Positions 47,149 to 56,747 of a stretch of 64,000 bases of DNA are shown here, in pieces. Source of the stretch: an uncultured delta proteobacterium (GTDB taxonomy: Bacteria > Myxococcota_A > Polyangia > Polyangiales > Polyangiaceae). Within the stretch, counting starts at the first letter, position 1; each line of letters starts with the position of its first letter. The stretch lies in NCBI GenBank assembly GCA_963806225.1, contig CAWDXG010000001.1, positions 800,001 to 864,000 of the forward strand, in the 5' to 3' direction. A program made the translations under genes and the position numbers. The notes under the pieces are model-generated. The model searched no databases. It was not told where the DNA came from and saw nothing but the letters and a program-made list of their open reading frames with translations.

Positions 47149-48576
47149 ATGGCCGGTCAGCTGTCAGCACCCGAGCGCGTACTGCCGACGCTGAACGCCG
47201 ACGGCACACGGCGCTTGATCCGCCCGAAGCTGTACAAGGGCAAAAAGTACGGGGCGCGGCTGATCACTGCCTGGGCGCTGATCGCACTGTTCGTCGCCAT
47301 TCCGTTCATCAGGATGAACGGAAAGCCGCTCATCCTGCTCGACGTGCCGCGACGGCAGTTCCATCTGTTCGGTCACACATTTCTGCCGACCGACGGCGTG
47401 CTGTTGATGTTCCTGCTCTTGTCGATCTTCGTTGCCATCTTCTGGGTGACGGCGCTCGTCGGGCGGGTGTGGTGCGGCTGGGGCTGTCCACAGACCGTGT
47501 ACATGGAGTACGTGTTCCGGCCCATCGAGCGGCTGTTCGAGGGGGACCGCGCGGCGCAGCTGCGTCTGGACCGGAAAGGTCCTGGCCTGCGTCGTGTCGC
47601 GAAGTACGGCGTCTTCGCCGTCGTTTCCGTGCTCCTCGGCAACTTGTTCCTCTCCTACTTCGTCGGAGTCGACACGCTCTGGATCTGGATCCGGCGCTCC
47701 CCCGTCGATCACCCGGCATCGTTTCTGGTGATGGCGGTCACCGCCGGACTCGTGTTCTTCGATTTCGCTTATTTCCGCGAGCAGATGTGCACCGTCATCT
47801 GCCCGTACGCCCGCTTCCAGTCGGTCCTGCTCGACAAGAAGTCGCTGATCATCGGCTACGACGAGAGGCGCGGCGAGCCGCGCGGCAAGGGCAAGCCGCG
47901 CCCCGGCGAGGGTGATTGCATCGACTGCAATGCCTGCGTTGTCGCCTGTCCTACGGGTATCGACATCCGCGAGGGACTCCAGCTCGAATGTATTGCCTGC
48001 GCGCAGTGCGTCGATGCGTGCGACTCGATCATGGATGCTATCCACAAGCCGCGCGGCCTCATCCGGTACACCTCGCAGGAATCGCTGGAGACCGGCAAGA
48101 AGACGAGGCTTGTGCGCCCGCGCGTGCTCATCTACCCGGCGCTCTTCGCGGTATTTTTCGGGGCGCTGCTCCTCATGGGCTCCCGCCAGGGCAGCGCCGA
48201 CGTGACGGTATTGCGCGGCCTGACGGCACCCTATGTGATCGATTCGACCGGGATCCAGAACCAGATCCGCATCAAGATCGAAAACCGCAGCGGCAGCGCC
48301 CAGGCCTATGGGATCCGGCTCGAGGGCGCCGACGGAGCTCACCTTATCGCCCCGGAGAATCCGCTCCGGGTGGCGGACGGAGAGCACGAGACGACCACGG
48401 TGTTCGTGATTGCGCCGCCGTCGCTGTTCCACGACGGCGTGCGGCGCATCACCTTCCATATCGACGACGGACACGGCTTCAAGACGGACGTGCCGTACAA
48501 GCTCCTCGGGCCCGAGCACGAGGACGAGCACGAAGGCGACGAACACCACCGACAGCACGAACGGGAGCACCAGTGA
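47149..48576 (+). CDS. ccoG: cbb3 accessory protein CcoG
   Basis: GRVWCGWGCPQTV, CPYARFQS, CIDCNACVVACP and CIACAQCVDAC. Confidence 0.95.
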   Translation: MAGQLSAPERVLPTLNADGTRRLIRPKLYKGKKYGARLITAWALIALFVAIPFIRMNGKPLILLDVPRRQFHLFGHTFLPTDGVLLMFLLLSIFVAIFWVTALVGRVWCGWGCPQTVYMEYVFRPIERLFEGDRAAQLRLDRKGPGLRRVAKYGVFAVVSVLLGNLFLSYFVGVDTLWIWIRRSPVDHPASFLVMAVTAGLVFFDFAYFREQMCTVICPYARFQSVLLDKKSLIIGYDERRGEPRGKGKPRPGEGDCIDCNACVVACPTGIDIREGLQLECIACAQCVDACDSIMDAIHKPRGLIRYTSQESLETGKKTRLVRPRVLIYPALFAVFFGALLLMGSRQGSADVTVLRGLTAPYVIDSTGIQNQIRIKIENRSGSAQAYGIRLEGADGAHLIAPENPLRVADGEHETTTVFVIAPPSLFHDGVRRITFHIDDGHGFKTDVPYKLLGPEHEDEHEGDEHHRQHEREHQ

Positions 48577-49093
48577 GCAGCGAACCGGAAACAGAGCGGA
48601 AGAAGGGCGGCTGGAAGCGCCACTACTGGGCGTTGCCGGTGGGGCTGCTCGTCGCGATGACGGTGGGCGAGCTGTTCATGGTCTACACGGCCGTCGACGA
48701 TCCAGGTTTTGCCGTCGAGAAGGACTACTACAAGAAGGCCGTCCATTGGGATTCCCACATGGATCAGACGGCGGAAAACCAGCGGCTCGGCTGGAAGCTC
48801 GCGCTCGAGACCCGCCCCGGCGAAGGACGGGCATGTGGAGCTCCTGGTGCGCATCCGCGACGAGCGGGGGCGCCCGGTCCGCGGCGCTAGTGTCCGTGTG
48901 GAAACGTTCTTCAATGCGCGGGCGTCGCACATCCTGACAGCCGACCTCCGCGACGCCGGTGACGGCAGCTACCAGAGCGCACTGCCGATTCGTCACAGGG
49001 GGCTCTGGGAGTTCCGCTTCACGGCCACGCAGGGCAGGCGCGCGCTTCACCGATGTCGTTCGCCGCGACGTGGATCCCAGCGGAGGCGCATGA
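48573..49093 (+). CDS. ccoH: FixH/CcoH family protein (+1 frameshifts at ~48820 and ~49037)
   Basis: W..PVGLL TM segment, DDPGFAVEKDYYKKA, LGW, G.Y and GLWE.RF. Confidence 0.8.
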
Positions 49094-49849
49094 TGAGCGC
49101 CGCGCTCGTCGTGCCCGTGATGGCGGCGAGCCTTGTCGGCAGTCTGCACTGTGCCGGCATGTGTGGTGGTTTCGTCGCGTTCTACTCGGGTGGTGACGAC
49201 AACGCCGGACGGCGGCGGGTTTCCGGTCATCTTGCGTACAACGGCGGGCGGCTCGTCACGTATGTGCTTCTCGGGAGCCGTGGCCGGTTCGCTCGGCGCA
49301 GCGGTGGATCTGGCGGGCAGCGCTGCCGGCGTCGGGCGGGTCGCCGCCGTGGTGGCGGGCAGCGTGATGGTGCTCTGGGGGCTCGGGCTTCTGCTCTCGA
49401 ACGCGGGGCTCAAGCTCTGGCGCCTGCGGCCGCCGGCGTTCCTCGAGCAGCGCACGGTGCGCCTCTTGGCATCGCTGAAGGGACGGCCGCCGGTGGTGCG
49501 GGCGGGGCTCATCGGTCTGTCGTCGACGCTCCTTCCGTGCGGCTGGCTGTACGCGTTCGCGGTGACCGCAGCGGGCACCGGCAGCGCCCTCGGCGGCGCG
49601 ACGGTGATGGCCGCGTTCTGGGCCGGGACGGTTCCGGTACTGTTCGGGTTGGGGCTCGGCCTGCAGAGCGCGACTTCGAGGCTGCGCCGCCACGTTCCGG
49701 TGGTCAGTGCGCTGGCCCTGATCGTGGTGGGGATGTTCGGCGTTCTGGGCCGCGTGAACGTTCCGTCGCTCGCCGCGCGCTCGGCGCGTCACGCTGTCCA
49801 CCTCTCTCTGCTACCGGCCAAGCCGGTCCGCCATCCGGCGGGGCACTAG
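49090..49849 (+). CDS. DsbD-like/TauE-SafE membrane protein of cco clusters (+1 frameshift at ~49275)
   Basis: GSLHCAGMCG, YNGGRLVTY, LLPCGWLY and FWAGTVP. Confidence 0.85.
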
Positions 49850-49851
49850 CC

Positions 49852-52363
49852 ATGGTCGCGTCCGCAGCCAGAGCCCCGGCGCACCGGCGTGGAGTGCACC
49901 CATTGCGGGCTGCCCGTGCCGGTGGGGATGGTCGAGCCGGGTGCCGCCGAGCAGTTCTGCTGCAACGGCTGCAGGACGGTCTACGCGGTGCTGCACGATG
50001 TGGGGCTCGATGCCTATTATGATCTGAGGGAAAGTGCCGGAGAGCCGGGGCAGCGCGCGCGCACCACCGACCGCAGCTACGCCGAGTTCGACGATCCCGC
50101 GTTTTCCGAGCTGTATTGCCGACCCGTGGGCGATGGCTTGATGAGCGTGGAGCTGTCCCTGGAGGGCGTGCACTGCTCGGCGTGCGTATGGTTGGTCGAG
50201 CGCGTATCGCTGATTATCGACGGCGCCGTCGAGACCGTGCTCGACGTGGGGCGATCGGTGGTGCGCGTCGTCTGGGATCCAGAGGCGACGACGCTCAGCG
50301 GCATCGCGCGCACGCTCGATTCCTTCGGCTACCCGTCCCATCCGCGCCCCGGCGCAGGGTCGGCCGAGCTCGGCCGACGCGCGGACCGCGCGCTGCTGGG
50401 CCGGATGGCGGTGGCCGGTGCGGTGGCGGCGAATGTGATGTTGATGGCGGCCGCGCTCTACAGCGGCATGTTCCACGGCATCGAGCCCCAGTACGTGCGG
50501 TTGTTCGCCTGGGGCAGCTTCATCGTGACCCTGCCCGCTGTCTTCTGGTCGGCAACGGTGTTCTACAAGGGCGCGTGGGGCGCGATCCGCACGCGGACGC
50601 CGCACATGGATCTGCCGATCAGTCTCGGTATCATCGCCGGGTTTCTGTGGGGCGCGTACGCCACTTTCAGCTCCTCGGGCGAAATCTATTTCGATTCCGT
50701 CACGGCGCTGATCTTCCTCCTGCTGGTGGGTCGCTGGGTGCAGCGCCGGCAGCAGCACGCGGCACGCGACGCGGCCGAACTGCTCTATTCGCTGGCGCCG
50801 TCCAGCGCGCGCGTCGTCGAAGGCGAGCAGGTCAGGGAGGTGCCGATCCAGGCGGTGCCGCTGGCTGCCATCGTGGAGGTGCGCGCCGGCGAGCACTTCC
50901 CGGTGGACGGCGATCGTCACCTCGGGCGACTCGACGCTGGATGCCTCGTTGCTCACCGGCGAGTCGCGCCCGGAGCGGATCACGCGCGGGAGCGCCGTGC
51001 ACGCCGGATGCGTGAATCTCGGCTCGCAGGTCCGCATTCGCGTCGAGCAGACGGGCGAGAGCACGCGCGTCGGCAGGTTGATGAAACGGGTCGAAGAGGC
51101 TGCGCGTCGCCGCGCGCCGGTCGTTCTGTTGGCCGATCGCATCTCCGGCTACTTCGTCGGGGTCGTGTTGGTGCTCGCGCTTGTCACGCTGGGCATGTGG
51201 TGGTTTCTTGATCCTGCGCACGCTGTCGAGCACGTCGTCGCGCTGCTGGTCGTCACCTGTCCCTGTGCGCTGGGACTTGCGACACCGCTGGCCGTGAGCT
51301 GGGCGCTCGGGCGCGCCGCGCGGGCCGGTATCCTGATCAAGGGAGGCGACGTTCTCGAACGGCTGGCAGAGCCGGGTCTGGTCGTGTTCGACAAGACAGG
51401 CACGCTCACCGAAGGGCGGCTCGCGATGCAGGCGTGGGAGGGCGACGAGTCGCTCAAGCCGCTGGTGCGCGCCGCCGAGGCGCACTCGGCGCATCCGGTT
51501 GCTGCAGCGTTCCTGCGCGCGCTCGGCGACGAACCGGAAGCCGAGGTGAGCGCGCTGTCACAGACCCTGGGCGGCGGGCTCTCGGCCCAGGTCGCCGGTC
51601 GGTCGCTCCTGATCGGATCGCAGGCGTTCATCGCCAGCCACGGGCTCGACGTTCCCGCCTGGATGGCGGAGTCGCTGGCACGCCACACCGAGGCAGCTCG
51701 AAGCCCGGTGCTGATCGCCAGCGATGGGCAGGTGGCCGCGCTGGCCGCGTTCGGCGATCCACTGCGCCCGGACGCGGTGTCCAGTCTGCGCGCGCTTCGC
51801 AAGCTCGGTTACCGCGTGGCCGTGCTGTCGGGCGATCACCCGGACGTGGTCCGGCGCCGTGGTCCGGGAGCTGGGCGAGCCGCTGGTCGAGGCGCACGGC
51901 GGCGTGAGTCCAGAGGCCAAGCTCGCCTGGATCGAACGCGCCCAGCAGCACGGCCCGGTGATCATGGTGGGGGACGGCGTGAACGATGCGGCGGCGCTTT
52001 CCGCTGCGGGGGTTGGCATTGCGGTACACGGCGGTGCGGAGGCGAGTCTGGCTGCCGCCGACGTGTTCACGACGCGCGCGGGAGTCGCGCCCGTCGTCGA
52101 TCTGGTGTTGCGGAGCCCACAGAACCCTGCGCGTGATCCACAGGAACCTGATTTTTTCTTTCCTATACAACCTGGTGGGCGTGGCGCTTGCAATGGCCGG
52201 GCTCATCGGTCCGCTCCTGGCGGCCGTTCTTATGCCCCTGAGCTCGATCACCGTGGTGACGAGCTCCTTCCGGTCGCGCACTTTCGATGCCGGCCGGCGC
52301 CGCCCGAGCGCGGTGGAGAGCAACAACCCCCACCCTCTCCCAAGTCCGGAGTACTCGACATGA
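49852..52363 (+). CDS. ccoI: Copper P1B-type ATPase CcoI (+1 frameshifts at ~49880, ~50912, ~51852 and ~52115)
   Basis: CTHCG, FCCNGC, HCSAC, YFDS, TGES, CPC, DKTGTLT, HP and GDGVND motifs spread across consecutive frames. Confidence 0.9.
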
Positions 52364-52527
52364 GCGTCATCTATCTTCTGCTGCCTTTGGCCCTGCTCGT
52401 CTCGACGATGGCCGTTGCTGCGTTTCTGTGGGCTACCGGTCGCGGCCAGTTCGACGATGTCCAGACCCCTGCCATCCGCATGCTTCACGACGACGACGAC
52501 CTGGCCCATCAGCACGCGCAGCGCTGA
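52360..52527 (+). CDS. ccoS: cbb3 maturation protein CcoS
   Basis: [11 protein letters not shown]...[21 protein letters not shown]. Confidence 0.92.
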   Translation: MSVIYLLLPLALLVSTMAVAAFLWATGRGQFDDVQTPAIRMLHDDDDLAHQHAQR

Positions 52528-52701
52528 CGTTGGCGCTGGCCGAGGGCGGGGGACCTCCGGAGCCTGCGCCCACCCTTTCGCGCAAGACTTGCGTCCCGTT
52601 GTGCACAGCGCGACAGAAAATCGGCTTTCCCATGCGGAGCCAGGTCCGGCCCCCCGGCACGTTGATTGCTTGCCCCGATACGAGTCGAACCTGACCAGCG
52701 C

Positions 52702-53728
52702 ATGAGCCCTGTCGATCAGAGCCTCCCCGGGTCTCCACGGTGGGAGCAGCATCCGGTCGTGGTGCAGTGGGAGCTCGCTGCGGCGCGCGGTGCGACCGTT
52801 CGCAAACCGGCCTGGCAGACGCTCGCCGGGGGCAGTCGGGAGCTCGACACACTCGAAGCCGAGCGGATGGTGAGAGATTCTCGCTGCAGCCGGCGTGTCG
52901 GTGCTCACGCTCGCGTGGCACGGTGGAGCGCTGCGCGACGACCTTTGTGCGTTGGTGCGACTCGCCGAGCGGCACGGGCTCGAGACCTGGCTCCGGAGCC
53001 GCGGCGGCGATGCGCTCGACCTCGAGCTGGCCCAGGAGCTGGCCGCTGCCGGGCTGGAAGGCTTTTCGGCGGCAGTCGACGCCCCCGTTTCCCGTGAGCA
53101 GGAGGACAAGTCCTTTGCGGCATTCCGCGTGGCGGAGGCCGCTGGGCTGTCGCTGTGTGCGGAAACGGCGGTGAACCGACGGAACATCGAGCTTCTGTCG
53201 ACGATCCGCACGACCGTGAGCGCTCTGGGCGTGGTGTGCTGGCATCTCCACTACCCGGTGTCGGATCCCGCCGCGATGCCGACGGCAGAGCAGGTCGAGC
53301 GGTCGCTCAGCGAGCTCGCGGAGGTCGAGCAAGAGCTGGGCTTCTGGTTGGAGCTGACCGCTGCGCCGCAGTACCAGCGTATCCGCACTGCGCTGGGCCT
53401 GAAAGGCAAGAGTCGCGCGCGCGCGCTGGGCGATGGGCGGGGTCTGATGTTCGTGTCGTACTGCGGTGACGTTTTTCCCAGCGCCGAGCTTCCCGTTCCC
53501 TGCGGGAACCTGCGCATGCACGATCTGCTCGACGTGTACCGCTTTCACCCTACGTTCCGAACGCTGCGCGACTCCAGCATGCTGCACGGCCGGTGCGGCG
53601 CCTGTGAGTACCAGCGGACCTGCGGTGGGTCCCGCGCGCGCGCCTACGCGCTCGAGGGCAGTCTGTTGGGGGGCGATGCGCTCTGCATCCACTCGCCGCA
53701 GGCGCTGTCGCGCAGGAGCTTCCCCTAG
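52702..53728 (+). CDS. Degenerate radical-SAM/SPASM protein (AhbD/NirJ/TIGR04053-like) lacking CxxxCxxC (+1 frameshift at ~52873)
   Basis: P.VVQWEL, EL.T.EA, TAAPQYQR, DGRGLMFVS..GDVFPS, GNLR and GRCGACEYQRTCGGSRARAYA..G..LG.D.LC. Confidence 0.7.
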
Positions 53729-53932
53729 GGTCGACCCCGGTCCCGCGGCTCCTGGCGGCAGCGGGGCTGCTCGACGGGCGGCGCGCGACGACGCATTGGG
53801 CCTCGTGCGACGCGCTGGCGACTCTCTTTCCACAGGTGAGCGTGGAGCCGGACGCGATCCAGGTGCGCGTTCCGGCGCCTGGACGGTTCGGTGCAGCTTG
53901 ACGGGGACCAGCGCGAAGCTTCGCTTTCCTGA

Positions 53933-54196
53933 GCTCTCGAACAGCCGGCGATCGGCGACCAGACGGTAGAGCGGAAGCTCCCTGCCCGGGTTCCGACGCT
54001 GATCACCGCCGGCACGAACGACGTCGCCACCCCGCCCGCCGTGATGCAGCGCCTCCACCGCCGTATCGCGAAAAGCGACTACGTCCTCGTCGAACGCGGA
54101 ACGCATTACACGCCGCTCGAATATCCGGCAGAGGTGAACGAGGCGATCGAGCGGTTCCTTGTGGAGCGCGTGTTCGGGGAGAGCTTTCGGCAGTGA
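53933..54196 (+). pseudogene. C-terminal fragment of an alpha/beta hydrolase
   Basis: VPTLITAGTNDVATPP...GTHYTPLEYPAEVNEAIERFL. In-frame TGA at 53930 and no N-terminal GxSxG part. Confidence 0.7.
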
Positions 54197-54348
54197 GCGG
54201 CGGCGCGTCGAGCGGAACATGGCGTCCGAAACCGCGATCGGGGGCGGCGACGACCCATTGCCAAGTGCCCGGCGTTCCGGCTATTCAGATTGGTTAGGGC
54301 GCCCGATGGCGCGTCCTCCCTGCGCTTCTCAACCAAGGATCATCAGCC

Positions 54349-54912
54349 ATGAGAAAAGCATTCATTGCGTTGTCTCTCGTTCTATCCGCGATGGCCGGCG
54401 TGGCCGCGTGCAGCAGCAGCAGCAACAACGGCGGTTCGGGTGGCGGTACCGGCTGTCCTGGCCCCGGCTCGTGTGCTGCGATGGACCAGTGCGTGCAGGC
54501 CCACTGCGAAAGCAAGCTGCAGGCCTGCGCAAGTCCTTGCTCGGCCATGATCTCGTGTGAGAACAAGTGCGGCTGCAGCAACACCTCGTGCATCGGGAAC
54601 TGCGGCCAGCAGATGACCCAGGCCTGCTCGAGCTGCTACCAGGATGTCACCACTTGCGTGCAGCAGAACTGCGCCAACGTGAGCTGCGGCACGGGCGGCA
54701 CGGGCGGTTCGGGCGGTTCGGGCGGTTCGAATGGAACCGGCGGGACGCCGGGCGTGGACGGTGGCGGTGCCACGTGCGCGGACCTGGCGGCGTGCTGCGC
54801 GCAGCTGCCGGCCGCTGATCAGCAGAGCTGCAACTCGATCGTGTCGAACGGCAACGATTCGGTTTGCGGTCAGGCCCTGAGCGGCTTCAAGGCGGGCGGT
54901 CTCTGCCACTGA
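54349..54912 (+). CDS. Cys-rich lipoprotein
   Basis: Lipobox VAAC and two Cys-rich domains separated by a Gly linker. Confidence 0.8.
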   Translation: MRKAFIALSLVLSAMAGVAACSSSSNNGGSGGGTGCPGPGSCAAMDQCVQAHCESKLQACASPCSAMISCENKCGCSNTSCIGNCGQQMTQACSSCYQDVTTCVQQNCANVSCGTGGTGGSGGSGGSNGTGGTPGVDGGGATCADLAACCAQLPAADQQSCNSIVSNGNDSVCGQALSGFKAGGLCH

Positions 54913-54937
54913 AGTCGTCGTCGTGCGCTGCCGTCGA

Positions 54938-54970
54938 GGGGGCCCGGAGCCAATTTCGATCCGGGCCCCC
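54938..54970. terminator. 11-bp stem-loop
   Basis: GGGGGCCCGGA-N11-TCCGGGCCCCC, with a T-rich run shortly downstream. Confidence 0.45.
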
Positions 54971-55009
54971 GGCGCGAGCGTGGGCGGCTTGTTTTTCTTC
55001 TTCGCGCTG

Positions 55010-55210
55010 CACGTCACGGGTCGAGGCGTGCAGCGAGAAGCCGCCCAGGCTGGCGCACGGCGCCTTGGTGTGGAGGAGCTCGGCTCTGCCGCGCAGCGTG
55101 ATGGGATCCCGCTGGCGCAGCGCGGGGCCGGCAGGTGCGACGCCGAGCGTGGAGGCAGCGGCGGACTCGGCGAGCGCGGGCTCGCTCTCGGCGAGCGTCG
55201 CGTCCGGCCT
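55010..55210 (-). mobile_element. IS91-family (Y2) transposase remnant
   Basis: EPALAESAAASTLGVAPAGPALRQR...CASLGGFSLHASTR resembles the GFSLHA segment of IS91-like transposases. Flanking conserved parts are missing. Confidence 0.55.
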
Positions 55211-55557
55211 ATCGGACGATGAAGTCCGACGCGAATCGCTTGGCAAGAGTGCGCCTGCCATTCGTCGGTGTGACTCCACTTCCGGGCGGAGCGATGGGCT
55301 TCGCCTCGATGCGGTTCAAGATCAGCGAGCACGGTCCCCGGACAGCTCCAACACGACGGCCCATGATGAGCCGAGCGAGGACGGAAATGATCGCCAACAC
55401 GAGCAGCACGTGGAGAAGGGCGGGGCGCGCGCGGGCGCGAGGATCCCGGGTTCTAGCTCCTCCGGCGGACGTGGATCCCGGGATGCAGCGATGCGCCGCA
55501 CGGGGTCGTCGTGGATCCGTCGCGAGGGTTCGTGATCGTGGGATGCTCCGACGGCGT

Positions 55558-56349
55558 TCAGTGAGCCGTCTGCGCGGCGCGCTGGGGCAGGAGCCAGATG
55601 CAGCCGAGGATGAAGACGATCAGCGCGCCCGACGCGGAATAGCGGCTCAGGGCGAGCCCGCCGGAAGCGTGCGGCTTGTCGAGGAAGTCGCCGACCACGG
55701 CGCCGAGCGGCCGCGTCAGGATGAACGCAGTCCAGAACAGCACCGTGCGCGAGACGCGCGTGAAGAAGTAGAACCCCGCCACCACCACGAGCAGCACGAC
55801 GAAGATCCCCACGCCCCCTAGGTAGCCGAGCCCGACCGAGTCGGCGGTCCAGTCGCCGAGCGCGGTGCCCAGCGTCTGCGAGAACATGACCGTCACCCAG
55901 TAGAACGTCTCCGAGCGCGGGTTCGAGACGCTCTCGACCGACACCGAGCCCATCACGAAGCGCCAGATCGCCAGCGACGAGAGCAACAGCACAAGGAGCA
56001 GCGACGATCCGCCCGCGTAACCGATACCGAGCGACCGATCGGCAAAGTCCGCCATCGTCGTGCCGACCGTGGTGGTGGCGATGATCGTCACCCAGTAAAT
56101 CACCGGATGGAAGCGCGGCGCCTTGATCTGCACGACCACCGCGACCAGGAACACGACGGCGAAGATCGCCGTCCCGACCAGATAGCCGAGCTTCATCGAC
56201 ATCGAGACCGCATCGCCCCCGGTCTCGCCCAGCGTGGTGGCGGCGATCTTGAGCATCCAGAAGAGGAGCGTCACCTCCGGAACCTTGGCCAGCGCGGGCG
56301 TCGTGGCCTCGGGCGTCGTGCTCGTCACGGGTTGGGGCAAGGATGGCAC
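55558..56349 (-). CDS. COG4705/DUF347-repeat membrane protein
   Basis: KVPEVTLLFW..KIAATTLGETGGD, TTTVGTTMAD, SQTLGTALGD and FILTRPLGA..GD. Confidence 0.88.
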   Translation of the reverse strand: MPSLPQPVTSTTPEATTPALAKVPEVTLLFWMLKIAATTLGETGGDAVSMSMKLGYLVGTAIFAVVFLVAVVVQIKAPRFHPVIYWVTIIATTTVGTTMADFADRSLGIGYAGGSSLLLVLLLSSLAIWRFVMGSVSVESVSNPRSETFYWVTVMFSQTLGTALGDWTADSVGLGYLGGVGIFVVLLVVVAGFYFFTRVSRTVLFWTAFILTRPLGAVVGDFLDKPHASGGLALSRYSASGALIVFILGCIWLLPQRAAQTAH

Positions 56350-56441
56350 CAGGCACTAGCGTGCGCTACGGCGAAGCATCTGCGATAGAGCTCGTGGCCC
56401 ATGACCTGCACTGGCAGCACTCGATGCGAGAGCAGCTCTAC

Positions 56442-56747
56442 TCAAGCCGGCACGAGGCGGATCGCCTTTTCGGGGCAGGCCACGACGCACAGGCCGCACG
56501 CCCGGCACGCGCCCGCGCGCGGCGTATAGGCGGTCATGCGCCCGTGGGCGCGGCTCTTCAGCTTCATGAGGAAGGAGAGCGCCGCGAAGTCCGCATTCTC
56601 GATGCGCCGCACCTCGAACACGTTGTACGGGCACACCGCGTCGCAGTTCTTCTTGCCTTCGCAGCGCGAGCGCTCGACCACGGGCACGAAGCTCCCCGGC
56701 TCCGCCCGGCACTTCTCGCCGGGGGCTCGGGGGGTCGTCCACGTCAT
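56442..56747 (-). CDS. 4Fe-4S dicluster ferredoxin
   Basis: CEGKKNCDAVCP (second Cys replaced) and CRACGLCVVACP. Start overlaps the upstream stop. Confidence 0.85.
   Translation of the reverse strand: MTWTTPRAPGEKCRAEPGSFVPVVERSRCEGKKNCDAVCPYNVFEVRRIENADFAALSFLMKLKSRAHGRMTAYTPRAGACRACGLCVVACPEKAIRLVPA

Noticed and set aside
44680..52120. Programmed frameshifting or phase variation in cco genes
   Set aside because: The shift sites share no slippery motif or long homopolymer, so sequencing insertion is more parsimonious.
52661..52676. TTGAT half-site upstream of the degenerate SPASM gene as a second FNR box
   Set aside because: The second half-site (ATCAA) is absent.
54349..54912. Cys-rich small proteins as RiPP precursors for the radical SAM enzymes
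   Set aside because: They have lipoprotein signals and Cys patterns typical of disulfide-bonded exported domains, with no leader/core layout.
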